A DNA stretch of 64,000 nucleotides from Eledone cirrhosa (Eukaryota). Under the pieces are notes generated by a model. It was not told where the DNA came from. It worked only from the letters and a program-made list of their open reading frames with translations, and ran no database searches. Numbering within the stretch: position 1 is the stretch's first letter; every line of letters begins with the position of its first letter. The stretch spans positions 47,554,001-47,618,000 of the forward strand of contig OZ024742.1 of assembly GCA_964016885.1 (NCBI GenBank), read 5' to 3'. Position numbers and translations under genes: made by a program. Shown here piece after piece: positions 50,835 through 63,034 of this stretch.

Positions 50835-53800
50835 TCATTCCAAAGCCTCTGGATAAACAACATTCTTGGTTTTGCCCTGTGGTGCCACAATGAACAGACA
50901 ATCAGTGTTCTCAACCCTTATTTTGCCAACATAGATTTGACCATGTGAAAAGGCAGGATCTGCCAGATTCAACCCAACGACTTTTAATGATTGCCCTTGC
51001 GATTTATTAATGGTCATGGCAAAACTGAGCCTGATCAGAAATTGAATGTCTTTGAAATTCAAATCAGTTGGCTTCGGAGGCAAATTAGTTGGCTTCGGAG
51101 GTATTCTGGGAATGAAACAATTGTCACCAGCAAATTTTCCTGACATGATTGCAACTTCTAGAACATTGGACATCATATTTTTGATGATGAGTCTTGTCCC
51201 ATTAACAAGTTTTGGAGGATCCAGATTGCGAAGTAGCATAACCGATGCTCTAAGCTTCAGTATCAGGTTGTGTGGAGGAATTCCCGCTTGTTCAAGACTG
51301 TTCAAAAATTTAGTTGGATAGATTAGAACCTAGTCTTTTTAAGTGATTGTGTCAACTGATTTGTTGCATATTTTCTCTCCCGGTAACATCTCCAGCAGCC
51401 TTCTGTGGATTTCTTTCACAGCAACATTTGTAGGTGCTAAAATTGCTGGTTCACAGAGCCATTTCGGCTCACATTGCCTGGTTTGAATGTTTGGAAATAT
51501 TCTCGCAATCAGTTCTTGTTCTGTGTCAATGATATGGCCAAATGACAACTGAATATGGTAATTGGAGTCCTTTTCAAGAAGTCCATTTCCAAATGTAAGT
51601 AATTGGATGGCAAACTCACTGACACCTTTGTCCCCAGTTAAATGCACTCGCATGTTGGTTGTAAGGCTCAGCAGCTGAAACTGGGACCAGGGATAGGATG
51701 TTTTCAGACAGGCATTGACCTGATCAGCTCGAGTCCCTCGAAAATTTACAGGCAGAGTTTGTCTGAAATCACCAGCAAGAACCATTGTCACCGCTCCCAT
51801 TATATAACTATTTTCTCTCAGATCCGTTATCGTCCGGTCCAAAGCTTCAATTGCTCCTTTATGGTTCATAGTAGCTTCATGCCAAATTATCATCTTGCAT
51901 GTTTGCAGAAGATTTCCCTTGGGTGAGTTCTTCTTGATGTTGCAAAAAGATTGTTCATGCCGTATGAGATCTATGGGCAGCTTAAACATGGAGTGTGCAG
52001 TTCTTCCTCCATCCAGAAGTGTTACTGCAATGCCACTTGAAGCCACAGCAAGGGCAATACGTTGCTTTTGGCGAACTTTTGCAAGCAGGAGGTTTAGGAG
52101 GAATGTCTTGCCTGTGTCAGCTGGAGCATCGATGAAGATGTCATTTTGAATGTTTTCGATGATGTTGTGGTAGGCGTATTTCTGGTCATCCATCAATCGA
52201 GGTTCATTTTCATCCACAAACTTACGCAATGCTTGAATATCGTAGTTTGTCTCCTGAAAAATGCCTTGTGCTACCTCCATTTCTTCATCTGGTTCTGGCA
52301 TCCCGCTGTTAGCTAATGTGCTATTCATTGGCTGAACTCGATGGGACAGGTCACAGAGAGCATGATTGTAAATCCAGGGGGTATATTCCATATACACATT
52401 GCCATGATGGCTTCGGGCTAGGTTTAGATTGTCGTCCGACATATTGTTTTTATACTCCTGCCAGAGTAGATGAGCTTCATCAATTGCACATGCTATGAGC
52501 ATAGTAGCAAATAATTGTTTTATTTGACTCGCTACTTGAGTGATTGCTGCTTCTTCTAGGCACTTCTTCCAGTGTCCATTGTCATGCAGGAGTCCATGCT
52601 GTTTACATGCTTCTTGCTATGTTGCGCACTCCCTTCCTCTGAAGCACCTAAGGTCCTCAAATGACGTTGGTCCTCGAAGAGTATGAAGAAGTTGCCGTAA
52701 ATAAAAACATTCTCTGTTGTTGGGATGGACATTGTGAACACGCCTAATAGCATCACTTAACTTGACTTCATGACCTTCCACTAAATGACCATGCTTTCTT
52801 CGATTCCAGGTCTTGCAATTGGTCCAGGTGTAGTATGTTGGGACTTCAGCATATAGGAGGGATCGAGCAAATTCATCATTCTGGCAGAGTTTAAAGAAAG
52901 CAGTTAGGGTAGTGTCATGTGATGCCTGTGCGAACTGATGAGCAGTGATCTCAGTGAAGTACACTCTCTGTCCATTTTGCAGATGGACTGCATGGTTGAC
53001 CACTGTTGGGTGGCGTTGGTAGATATCAAATCCAAAGATTCGGCCGAAAACTTATGTGCTGGAGATGTATCGACCTCTTTGATACCGTTTGACCTCATCC
53101 AGCTCACCATCATTGAGTTCTTTGTCAGTAATAAAGGTAGCCATGTCACTGCCCTTGTTGATATATTTTGTGACATATAGGATTGCATTGACGGAGCTGC
53201 AATAATCAACATTAATATGAGCTTTTAAAAGTTTACACAACAATTTGTTGTGTGGGACCACCCACTGATTGTTTATGGTCAGCTCCTCTCCTCGAACTGT
53301 TAGGCTTGCAGTATTGCCTCCATGTTCTGGTCTACACCTACGATAAAAGGGGTATCCATTATTGTCAGTCCGAGTTTCCCGAATAAAAGCTCTATGATAA
53401 TGTTTGCTGCATTTTTGATCGTTCATGCAGGGAGAGGCTGGATTGATGACTCCACATGGACCATGAATGAGTTTGGACTTGATGGTTTCAAAGTGCTCTG
53501 GATCACCACATTTATCAGGCAACTCTGCTGAAATGATCTTATCAACATCATCTGGTCTTATCTTCTCCTTCTACCAGATTAGTGTGTGAGAGTAAGGAAG
53601 ACCTCCCTTCTTCCACTCAATAGTGGTCATCCAAGCATTAAGCTTACCAAAGATTCTTCCTTCTTTTAGAAACCAGATGAGTTTTTTTTTGCTTTTCATG
53701 GAAAACCTGAGTAATAAGGTCATGTCGATCCTTTGGTTTTTGATTTTGAAATAATTCATTTGATATTTCTGACCAGTTTGAATTGCATGTACATGTAATG

Positions 53801-55242
53801 ATGGGATCTGGCTGGACAAATTTTCTGACATAGGCCATTGCATCTTGGGTACGTTCATGCATGTAACGTGGTCCACCCGTGAAGATTGGTGGTAGTATGA
53901 CTGGCTGGCCAATATTTCTTGGGTCAACATCAGAATTGATGGCATCTCTAAAGTGGATGTAGTTATCTGCCCTCAACTTAGTTTGATTCCTTCACAGAAA
54001 ACCCAATCTTTGTTTCAATTTTAGCATACATGTCTAACATGAACTGGCTAGTTACTTCTTTGAATCGCAGAACTTGGTTGAAGTGATCACGTACCATGAA
54101 ATGATAAGCATAGAATTCTTTGCAGCTGATTGATCGGCCAGTTTATTTTCCCGTTCCCGGATTGATCTGCCGTATCTGAAAATGATATCCATTTGACCAT
54201 TCCAAAAGATGAGCGGATATTGGATTGAATCATAGGCTCTATGATTTTCACAAATTCGCTCCAAATGTCCACTTCGTTTTTGCAAAACAATGTCACGTCG
54301 TTCATGCTGTTCATCAACCATTATGATTGCAACTTCATCAGTGACAGGTGCATTGAATCTGCGTTCATGTTCTGAAGCTGGGCGTATGTCTGCCCTAATG
54401 ATGATTTTACGATCTCTGGTGTTGTTCATATGCTCCAGTGCATATTTAAATACACTGACGTACATGTGATGTTGAAGCATTTCTTGTAAATTTATGACTA
54501 TGTAGAACTGCAATCCACCATGGACACTGTTACATCTTTGTTGTGCATGTGTTTCATTTCCACCCATGAAGTAAACCTGCACAAATTTGTGAGGCTCCTG
54601 AAGACCACCCATTACGTGGTAACCCTGTCCCTGAATTGTACAAGTTGTACAGAATCTAAAGTCAGTCACATTCCTGCCAGCCCCAAAAGATGTCATTTGA
54701 AAGGCAGAATTATATTCTATGATGTATTTATTGAAGTGTCGTGCTTTTAGTGTATGCTTAAGGAGCAGATTCTTAAGAAATTCAGGAGGTTCTTGTATTG
54801 TTTTAAGGCTCATTTTGCCTTTTGAGCAGCATAGACTTGGTGTTTTTGCTGCCCACTTCATGGCACCACAATACTGGCAGCATTTGTTCATTTTCCCAAT
54901 GTTGATTTGTGGATTATTGCTGTAGTCCTTTTGGGGGTCATAAGAAAAAGCACCCATCAGCCAGTTCATTTTACTTATGGCTTGTTCTCCTGCTCTAGCA
55001 GTAGAACAATGTGCTTGATTAACATTTCGTCTCATTTGCTGCTGTTCCTTAATTTGTTGTGTAGCAGCAATCCTTTGTTCCCTTTCATCCAAACGGTATG
55101 CTCGTGCTAAAGCTGTTTAGGCTATGTTAGCAGCTAGAAGGGCATGCCGAAATCCTTCACTTTCTGAAGATCGTTGTGTTTTCTTTCTCTTAGCCTCTGA
55201 AGATGACCTTACATATAATGATCTGGAACGTTTTCTAGGCAT
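50835..55242 (-). pseudogene. Helitron RepHel (HUH endonuclease plus PIF1-like SF1 helicase), frameshifted
   Basis: YNSAFQMTSFG, FTGGPRYM, EWKKGGLPYSHTLIW (decayed HUH), YVTKYINKG, DAPADTGKTFL, GGRTAHSMFK, GDFRQTLPV, FAMTINKSQGQSL, FSHGQIYV. Confidence 0.93.
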
Positions 55243-55269
55243 TTGAAGTGATATTATTACACACCACAC

Positions 55270-55340
55270 GATAAAGTAAAGTATCAGTAATGCACTGGAA
55301 TAATTGCAGGCCTTGTGCCAAAAGTAGAAACAATTATTAC
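55270..55340 (+). mobile_element. SINE 3' fragment inside the Helitron
   Basis: gataaagtaaagtatcagtaatgcactgg...ggccttgtgccaaaagtagaaacaattatt. Confidence 0.75.
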
Positions 55341-55819
55341 ATATCACACTCTTTCCGAAATAGAAACAACTATAGAATGTATTGTTCACTCAGTAAAGTT
55401 GTTTTAAATGATCTCTTTATATGAATGTATATTAGGTGTAATTAATGTTAGACATATGTAGTAAATATTGGGATTTCAGATTGTATTCTGAAATTATCAT
55501 TTGTTATCCAACTATCCAACGACAAAGACTACAAACACTACAAAAAAAAATATTTTCTGTGTTAATTCAAATAACAGCGGAAAATAATATATTCAAATAT
55601 CTTTTAAAAATACCTTGTTTGTGTGTCTGTTGAATACATACATATGTACAACTTCTATAAAAGCATCTGTGATTTCTGTAGACATATGTAGAAAATAAGC
55701 TTTGATGGTAACATATATCGTCTGCTAAAGAACGCCCCCCCCCCCATAACACACACATGTGTGTGTAAATATATATATAAACGCGGACACAAATTAGGTA
55801 GAGAATCACTCCAATCACC

Positions 55820-56590
55820 CTCCTTCTCTCCTGCCTCTTTACTTTTTTCTCACCCCCATCTTTTCTGTTTTCTTATTGCCTTTCTCTCCCTATCCGCCTC
55901 ACTCCCTTTCTCTTTCTTTCTCTCTCATCCTCTACAGAATAGCGAACAAAAAATAAATAAAAGATAAATAACATTGGGGGAGTTAAGAAGTGTGTAAAAA
56001 TAATAAATAAATAAAAGTTAATGAACGCTGGCTGCATTCCCTCTCTCCCATCCCATTACTCTCTCTCTCTTTCTCTCTCACATCCCCCTCTCTCTACAGA
56101 ATAGAGAACAAAAAATAAAGAAAAGATAAATTAAGTTAAGGAAGCGGGAGAGTTAAAAAGTGTGTAAAAATAATAAATTAATAAAAGTTAACAACGCTGG
56201 ATGCTTTCTCTCTCTCTCTCTTTCATTGTCTTTCTCTCTCATTCCCTTACTATATTTGTTTCTCTCTCACATCCCCTTGCTCTCTCTCTCCCATCTCCCA
56301 TCCTCTCTCTCTTTCTCTCTCATCCCTTACTCTTTTTCTCTCTCTCTCACATCCCCTTAATCTCTCTCTCCCATCTCCCACCATCTCTCTCTTTCTCTCT
56401 CTCTCACATCCCCTTAATCTCTCTCTCCCATCTCCCACCATCTCTCTCTTTCTCTCTCATCCCTTACTCACTCTCTCTCTTTCTCTCTCATCCCCTTACT
56501 CTCTCTCACATCTCCCACTCTCTCTCTCTTTCACTCTCATCCCTTACTCTCTCTGTTTCTCTCTCCCACCCCTCACTCTCTTATCTACAG
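55820..56590. repeat. CT-rich minisatellite/low-complexity array in the Helitron 5' region
   Basis: Repeated ctctcacatccccttaatctctctctcccatctccca units and repeated ctacagaatagNgaacaaaaaataaa spacers. Confidence 0.85.
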
Positions 56591-56929
56591 ACTGCAGAAC
56601 ATAAAAAAACAAAGTGGATGATCTCTTTTGATATTCATTAGAAAATAAGATAGTTTGAATTTAAATAAATTCCTTGCTTTGCAAAGTAAAACTTTTTCGA
56701 CCGTTACCTGTCCGAGTGTATAGTGAATATGTACATGTAATTTTGAGGAGTTTGGTCCGGTAGTTTGCTAGTTTTAGGTGGATACACAGAATCGTAAACT
56801 TGCATTTATATATATATAGATTACAACCCGTAAAATATTACGCTGCCATTAAATCAAATTAGATATTAAATCTGTAATCAAAAATATAAACACTCATCAA
56901 ATCAACACATAATATTTACATACATGTAA

Positions 56930-57250
56930 CTGAATGGTAGTATCGGAAGAGGGTCGGACGCCATGCTTTGACGCATAGAGTTACGGCCGTTGCCATTCTG
57001 AGTTCAAATCCCGCCGAGGTTAACATTACCTTTCATCATAAAATAAAGTACCAGTAATGCACTGAGTAATTGCTGGCGTTGTGCCAAAAGTAGAAACCAT
57101 TATTATTTAGCTTACGTCGCTCTACGGTCTGAGTTCAAATCATGCCGAGGTTAAGTTTGCCTTTCATCCTTAAAGGGTCGATAAAATAAAGTACCTGTAA
57201 TACACTGGGACAATTGCTGGCCTTGTGCCAAAAGTAGAAACAATTATTAT
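56930..57250 (+). mobile_element. Two tandem SINE copies
   Basis: tgagttcaaatc..gccgaggttaa...gtgccaaaagtagaaac-attattatt occurs twice. Confidence 0.85.
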
Positions 57251-58144
57251 TTCGCTTACAATTCTGACAGTTATTGTGAATATGTGCAATAATATTCGAA
57301 TTGTGAGGAGATGTTTGGATAATGTATTAAATATATGATTTTAGTGCAATTTCAAGGAGAAAATTGTTGAAACTAAGGACATTCGTTAAATTATATGTAT
57401 AAAATAAAACGAGTGCATCAGGAAATTTGAATATGACGCAACGGCTACCATTTTATTTATCAAATAATGGGTTTCATTTAGTAGGATTAGACTGAACTCA
57501 TACTGAATGACAAGGAATCCTACACAATGTTAGTTAATATTCAAAAATCAATAAATAGGCCGAAGATTATTATTAAACCTACAAATATTAAGGAAACGTA
57601 TCATATTAGATGGTGTGATTGGGAGAGTATAATATACAACGATTCAACTCTGATATTGTGTTAATCCTATATCACGTTTATCGCGAATCTAATGCCATAC
57701 ATTTATATTATGGTATATATTGCACGCACGGTTAACCTAATAACTGTTGAAATCTTGAGCTTGATATGATATGTTTAATGTAACAATTCTGACCGAAGTT
57801 AGAATATTTCTGAGTTGAAGATTGTCATTAACTCAGGCAGGATTTCCCGTGATACCAAGTCATGCGGATGATTCTGTGAATATAGAGTTTGCTATAGTGT
57901 TATTCAGCATTAATATCTGACAGTAATTAATATACTGGTTTGCAATTAAAATAAATTCCCGTAAGCCTTATGCAAGAGATTAAATGTGATCCCTAGTCAC
58001 GAATGTAAACGAATTTAATATATCTTCAAATATTCCTTCAGTTTAAAATACGGATATTTTAAAGCATGCTTAAATTCAGCTCAGACAGCGCCAACATAGA
58101 ATTTCTTGCAATATTTACGTCTCGATAAAATCAAGATTAAAGCG

Positions 58145-58290
58145 GCAAAATGGCACAAAGTCGGAGAGACTGCATTGCAGTATACGTTCCGTCTCTCTGC
58201 TCTCTGAATTCAAATCCCAGATTAGTCAAGTTTGCCTTTCATCTTTTTGAGATAGATAATAAAGTACCGGTTTAGTACTGTAATCGATTC
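58145..58290 (+). mobile_element. Diverged SINE copy
   Basis: ttcaaatccc...tttgcctttcatc...gataataaagtacc. Confidence 0.65.
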
Positions 58291-59241
58291 CTCTCTATAT
58301 CACTTCCTCACTCTCCCTTTCTCTCATCTGCTGTGTCTAAACATGGAGAAGAGATGGGTTCTGCCAGGTTAAAAATGGTCAAGATCCACCATAATTCAAT
58401 ACATTGCCCATATGACACCACCAGGCGTTACGGGTACATATATACATCATTACCAAACCCAGAAGCATTGACTTAATACTCCCAAACGAGCGTGGAGTAA
58501 TTTATTCTGAATATAGGAGATACATGGAACAGAACATGACTACTCCATTATCATATCAGCTATAGTTTCTAGATTTTAGATTCGAAATATTTCCCTCTGT
58601 ATACAAGTCAGCCATGCTTACTATGATCATCCTTTTGCTTGTATTGCAATCGTCCACCGATAGGAATAAGCCAACTTAATCAGTGCTACTTTAACATGGA
58701 TATGTCTATTATAATTACGCTTCAAAACCAAAGCACCTATCTTAGTTCGCAAAAAGAAAACAATTGATTTTGTAACGAGGAGTACTATAAGCTTTACCCT
58801 ATTAAATATTATTGTAAGAAACAACGACGACTTTTCGATAATTTGAATCTCCAATCGTCAGCAGTCCTCCTATTTTGAAATACAAACAGCTTTAATAAAA
58901 AATGTTCTACTACTATTGTGTTGATTATTCATTTTCTCGACAAAAATACAAAGTGACCCCCCCCCCCCACCAGAAACATATATACACACCACACATACAC
59001 ACACATAATATAAATATATTTACTTATACATACATACATAAATATATATATATAAATATAAATTCAGCGAGAATCGTATTTCGGCTAGTAGAAGAAGCGA
59101 AACGAAACGCAAAATCGTAGAAATATTGCCAAGCGCTCCAATAGTTAAGAAAACTAGAGCTAAACAATATGTTAAAATGCCATACAAACTTAAATGTGGT
59201 CAAGAAGGCATATATACATATATATATATATATATAAAAGT

Positions 59242-60292
59242 TTACATATATAAAAGTTTACATATATATACATATACGTGTTTTGCAACTGGTCACTTTG
59301 TGGCTCAATGAAAAATTAATAAATTAAATAATCAGAGCTATATATAATAAAACGTGTCTATAGAATCACAAGATAAAATATATACTATTTCCTCTCCCAA
59401 TTAGCATAATTAACTATATAAAAAATCGAATAGACCAGGCTATAAGAATGAGGCTTCTATGAAGAAATCTCCGACAAATAAGAATGAGGCTAGTTTTGGT
59501 TATTTGTCGGAGATTTCTTCATAGAAGCCTCATTCTTATAGCCTGGTCTATTCGATTTTTTATATAGTTAATTATGCTAATTGGGAGAGGAAATAGTATA
59601 TATTTTATATTGTGATTCTATAGACATGTTTTATGATATATAGCTCTGATTATTTAATTTATTAATTTTTCATTGAGCCACAAAGTGACCAGTTGCAAAA
59701 CACATATATGTATATATATGTATATATATATGTAAACTGTTATATGTAATAATATCCCATTAGGTTCAGATACAAATTTGGCTGTATTGTGTTTTGCTTT
59801 CTAGCAAAAATGCCACCAGTCGTAAGCAACTACCACACCCCTTCCAACCTGACGCGACTACGTCACGATTTTTAGCCATTTTGAATGAATTCTTGGCGCG
59901 ATCACTTTGGAAAATTTAGTGTCTAGATAAGAGCGAACTTCCTGATGAATCCGGTGCTCGAGTTTATATAATTATTACATAATTATTGGAAGACTCAAAA
60001 TACGGATGAAACCATGGTAGAGGTATTTAAATGTATACTATTTTCTCCTAGTTTATTTTACACCTAATTCTGTTTAGTTGACTGTATCTGGGTGATTACG
60101 CTGTCGAAATATTCGATAAATATTCCGCTACGGCCGACGCGAAAGGCTAGTTTTGGTTATTTGTCGGAGATTTCTTCATAGAAGCCTCATTCTTATAGCC
60201 TGGTCTATTCGATTTTTTTATATAGTTAATTATGCTAATTGGGATAGGAAATAGTATATATTTTATCTTGTGATTCTATAGACATGTTTTAT

Positions 60293-60300
<8 letters not shown>
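59242..60300 (+). mobile_element. Non-coding hammerhead element (~240-bp inverted head, 657-bp monomer, ~155-bp direct repeat) in (TA)n
   Basis: 59242-59481 is the reverse complement of 59500-59749. 59487-59640 is repeated from 60144. Confidence 0.85.
59937..60024 (+). ncRNA. Type I hammerhead ribozyme with extended stem II and palindromic stem III
   Basis: ACTTC-CTGATGA-ATCCG...GAGTTT..ATAATTAT-tac-ATAATTAT..AGACTC...CGGAT-GAAA-CCATGG-TA-GAGGT. GUA site, cut predicted after 60019. Confidence 0.85.
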
Positions 60301-60342
<42 letters not shown>

Positions 60343-60392
60343 ATAAGGAAAAGCGAAGTAGTTTCAGATGTTCAAGTCCTTTAATAATAATG

Positions 60393-60464
60393 CTGTGATA
60401 TATATTTCAATGACGACACCCGCCACACTGATCTGTGTGCGAGTGTCGTGACATCATCAGACAG
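60393..60464 (-). ncRNA. Type I hammerhead ribozyme (3' repeat)
   Basis: CTGT-CTGATGA-tgtc-ACGACAC-tcgcacacagatcagtgtggcgg-GTGTCGT-catt-GAAA-TATATA-TC-ACAG. Confidence 0.82.
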
Positions 60465-61669
60465 ATGGTTAATAATAAGGTTATGTTTCCGAGGCAATCC
60501 AAATTGAATCGACATGGAAACGGATGAAGTGTGTGCTTTTGGGTTCTTCATCCGTTCCCCTGTGAGTACCAATTCACCCCCACCGGTCTGCGCAGGCACA
60601 TGTCCGAAGGAAGTTGACCATTAGCTACCGCAGATTTCAACGAAATTCGCTTAGTCAGTTCACCCTCTCAGCCAAACAATGGCCCATCTAGGCCTGTACC
60701 ATAGTTTACTGCTACCCATCCCGACTGTGGCAGTCAGCCGAAAGCCAGAGGGGATGGGAGAGTGTTAGTTTTTACAGGTCGCAATACTACATCTCACCTA
60801 GCGTGGACAGTACGACTGACCATCAACTCATAAGAGAAAATAAATTTAATTCTAGGTATCATGGTTTTACATTGGAAGTTATGAGTGAGAGTTGGAAATA
60901 AAAATTAAAATCCTAAATCAAATATCAGAAATTATAAATTAAACAATTAAAAAATTAACAATTAGAAATTAAAAAAACTTTCAAGTGAGGTGAGTAAAAA
61001 AATATAGATTGAAGTGAGTAAATAATATGGAGAGAGATGTTTAAGTAAGAAGTTCAGAGCGGGGTTCTAATGTCTCAGTTACTCTATCCACATATTGAAC
61101 GACGGCGCCGTACATTAGAACGGAGGGTAAACTACAGTATTCAAGGCAGTAGTCAATCTGGTACTCAGTCATAATTTCCATCACATGGAACAAAACCAAA
61201 GAAAAACAGATATAAAGTACACAAAAAAAAGAACCAATAATGAATAAATGCAAAAACACAGAGTACATATATGCAAAATGATCCATATGATTGTCAATCT
61301 GTCAATGTATAGATTGAATTGAGGAGGCTTCTGTTCAAATGCGATTTGGTGCAGGAAAATAGGGGTTTATCTTAGTTTTTGTTTCCGCGTATTTATCCTG
61401 CCGAAAGTTACTATTAGGTCCGTCCAGTATCAGGGGTTTCCATCCCCATGGTAGAGAGAATTTCCAGGGGTAGCTCATGGTTGGTTCCTCTCTTCTCCAC
61501 CATATCGGTTACATCATAGAGCGCTCAACTAATTGGGGCTAAATTATTATGGTAAACATTGATGCAATTCAATTCAAGCACTCAACGTACTCTTTCCACA
61601 TAGGAGTGACAGAGTAAATATCGAATAGGAAAAGCGAAGTAGTTTCAGATGTTCAAGTCCTTTAATAAT

Positions 61670-61743
61670 GCTGTGATATATATTTCAATGACGACACCGG
61701 CCACGCTGTTCTGTGTGCGAGTGTCGTGACATCATCAGACAGC
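61670..61743 (-). ncRNA. Type I hammerhead ribozyme (5' repeat)
   Basis: GCTGT-CTGATGA-tgtc-ACGACAC...GTGTCGT-catt-GAAA-TATATA-TC-ACAGC. AUC site. Confidence 0.84.
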
Positions 61744-61830
61744 TTGTTACATAATAAGGTTATTTACTCCGTCACTCCTATGTGGAAAAAGTAGGTTGAG
61801 TGCTTCAATTGAATTGCATCAATATTTACC

Positions 61831-61904
<74 letters not shown>

Positions 61905-62999
61905 TATTCATTTATTTATAGGTGTCTCAACATATTTGACGAGGCGAATAGTTGACGTCCATATATAGTATTTGAGGTAATCAGGCAAGGTACTCCTAGA
62001 GGCGGACAAATTGGACAATCACGCATGCGAGGAATTGAACCTGCATATTACAGAGAGTGGTGAAGTGCTTCAATCACCATACCGGAATGCGGGCCGGCCA
62101 CCAATTCCATCTTTACTGATATTCTGAATAATTATACAAAGCTGATTGTTTATATTATTATTAACGTTTGAACGTAGTCTCTATAACATGTTTTTACATC
62201 TAACACTATATCCGAATAAACACAATAACCAGACGAAACATCTTTTTAAATTGTTCTAATTACATACGGGATTTAGCAAATAACAAATTGAGAATTTATA
62301 ATGGATTATGAAATGACAAATGATACAAAAAATAGAACGTGTAAACCTTTTATTCAAATAAGAAGTTCAGAGAGAACATCATTGTCCTACGGTGACTTCC
62401 ATTAATATATTAGACCTGAAAGTATTTCATACAATTTCAAACGATATCACGCTGTCTGTGACTAGCAGCAATAAACTCCATACCATACATCTAAAAATAT
62501 ATTTTAGGAAACATGTCTGCAAAATTATCTCATGTTTACAAAATTGTTGCAGAACCTTCTCAAATTAATGTAATGTTGTGAAGAAATTAACACGCAATAG
62601 GATGCTATAGGAAATTAATGTTTCGAAAATGCTTTTATACGTCACTATGGATATGTTTTTATATTGTTTGCATAAAAGAAAAAAAAAAGCTTTTGTCTTC
62701 TAAATCTATATATTTAGTTCATATGATCTTAAAACGTAAATGCGCGTCGCTTAAATATGGAGCTACATATAAAATGTCACTCATAATATTATCTGTATAT
62801 GAAGAAAAGACCCAAGGAAATCATTTTCAATGTATATGTAACCATATATATATGAATATTTAGAGATAAGTAGAGAGTAGCTATTCATTCAAAGATATTA
62901 TTATATGTAAACACGCTTGCTCTCCAGTGTGACCATTTTTATTAAGGATTTGTCGTATTTCCATATCAGGTCTTTACGCTAGGGTTCTAAATACATGTG

Positions 63000-63034
63000 T
63001 GCATTAACGTTTCAAAGTCCTGTCTTCAGAAGCA
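63000..63034 (-). ncRNA. Possible minimal hammerhead motif
   Basis: tgctt-CTGAAGA-caggacttt-GAAA-CG-TT-aatgca, with an AACGTT palindrome and a weak stem II. Confidence 0.3.

Larger units (their letters stand above)
50689..56820 (-). mobile_element. Helitron, ~6.1 kb, with both termini
   Basis: 5' a|TCTATATATATATAAATG at 56820. The 3' end has a degenerate GC hairpin (caggcattcccgggtacc) and ends CTAT near 50689. Rep and helicase remnants lie inside. Confidence 0.85.
60341..61836 (-). mobile_element. Hammerhead element with two ~140-bp direct terminal repeats and an inverted head
   Basis: 60341-60484 matches 61623-61763. 61761-61836 is the reverse complement of 61545-61620. Flanked by (TA)n/(GA)n. 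Confidence 0.85.

Noticed and set aside
56930-57250. tRNA genes suggested by GTTCAAATCC B-box motifs
   Set aside because: No cloverleaf. The motif is part of a dispersed SINE.
59077-59125. TATTTC...GCT/AGC-GAAA-CGA...TCG-TA-GAAATA three-stem motif
   Set aside because: Stems I-III fit a hammerhead but the CTGANGA box is missing. At most a fossil.
61925-61977. TTGACGA-GGCG...CGTC-CATA motif
   Set aside because: Three core mismatches, too degenerate to call.
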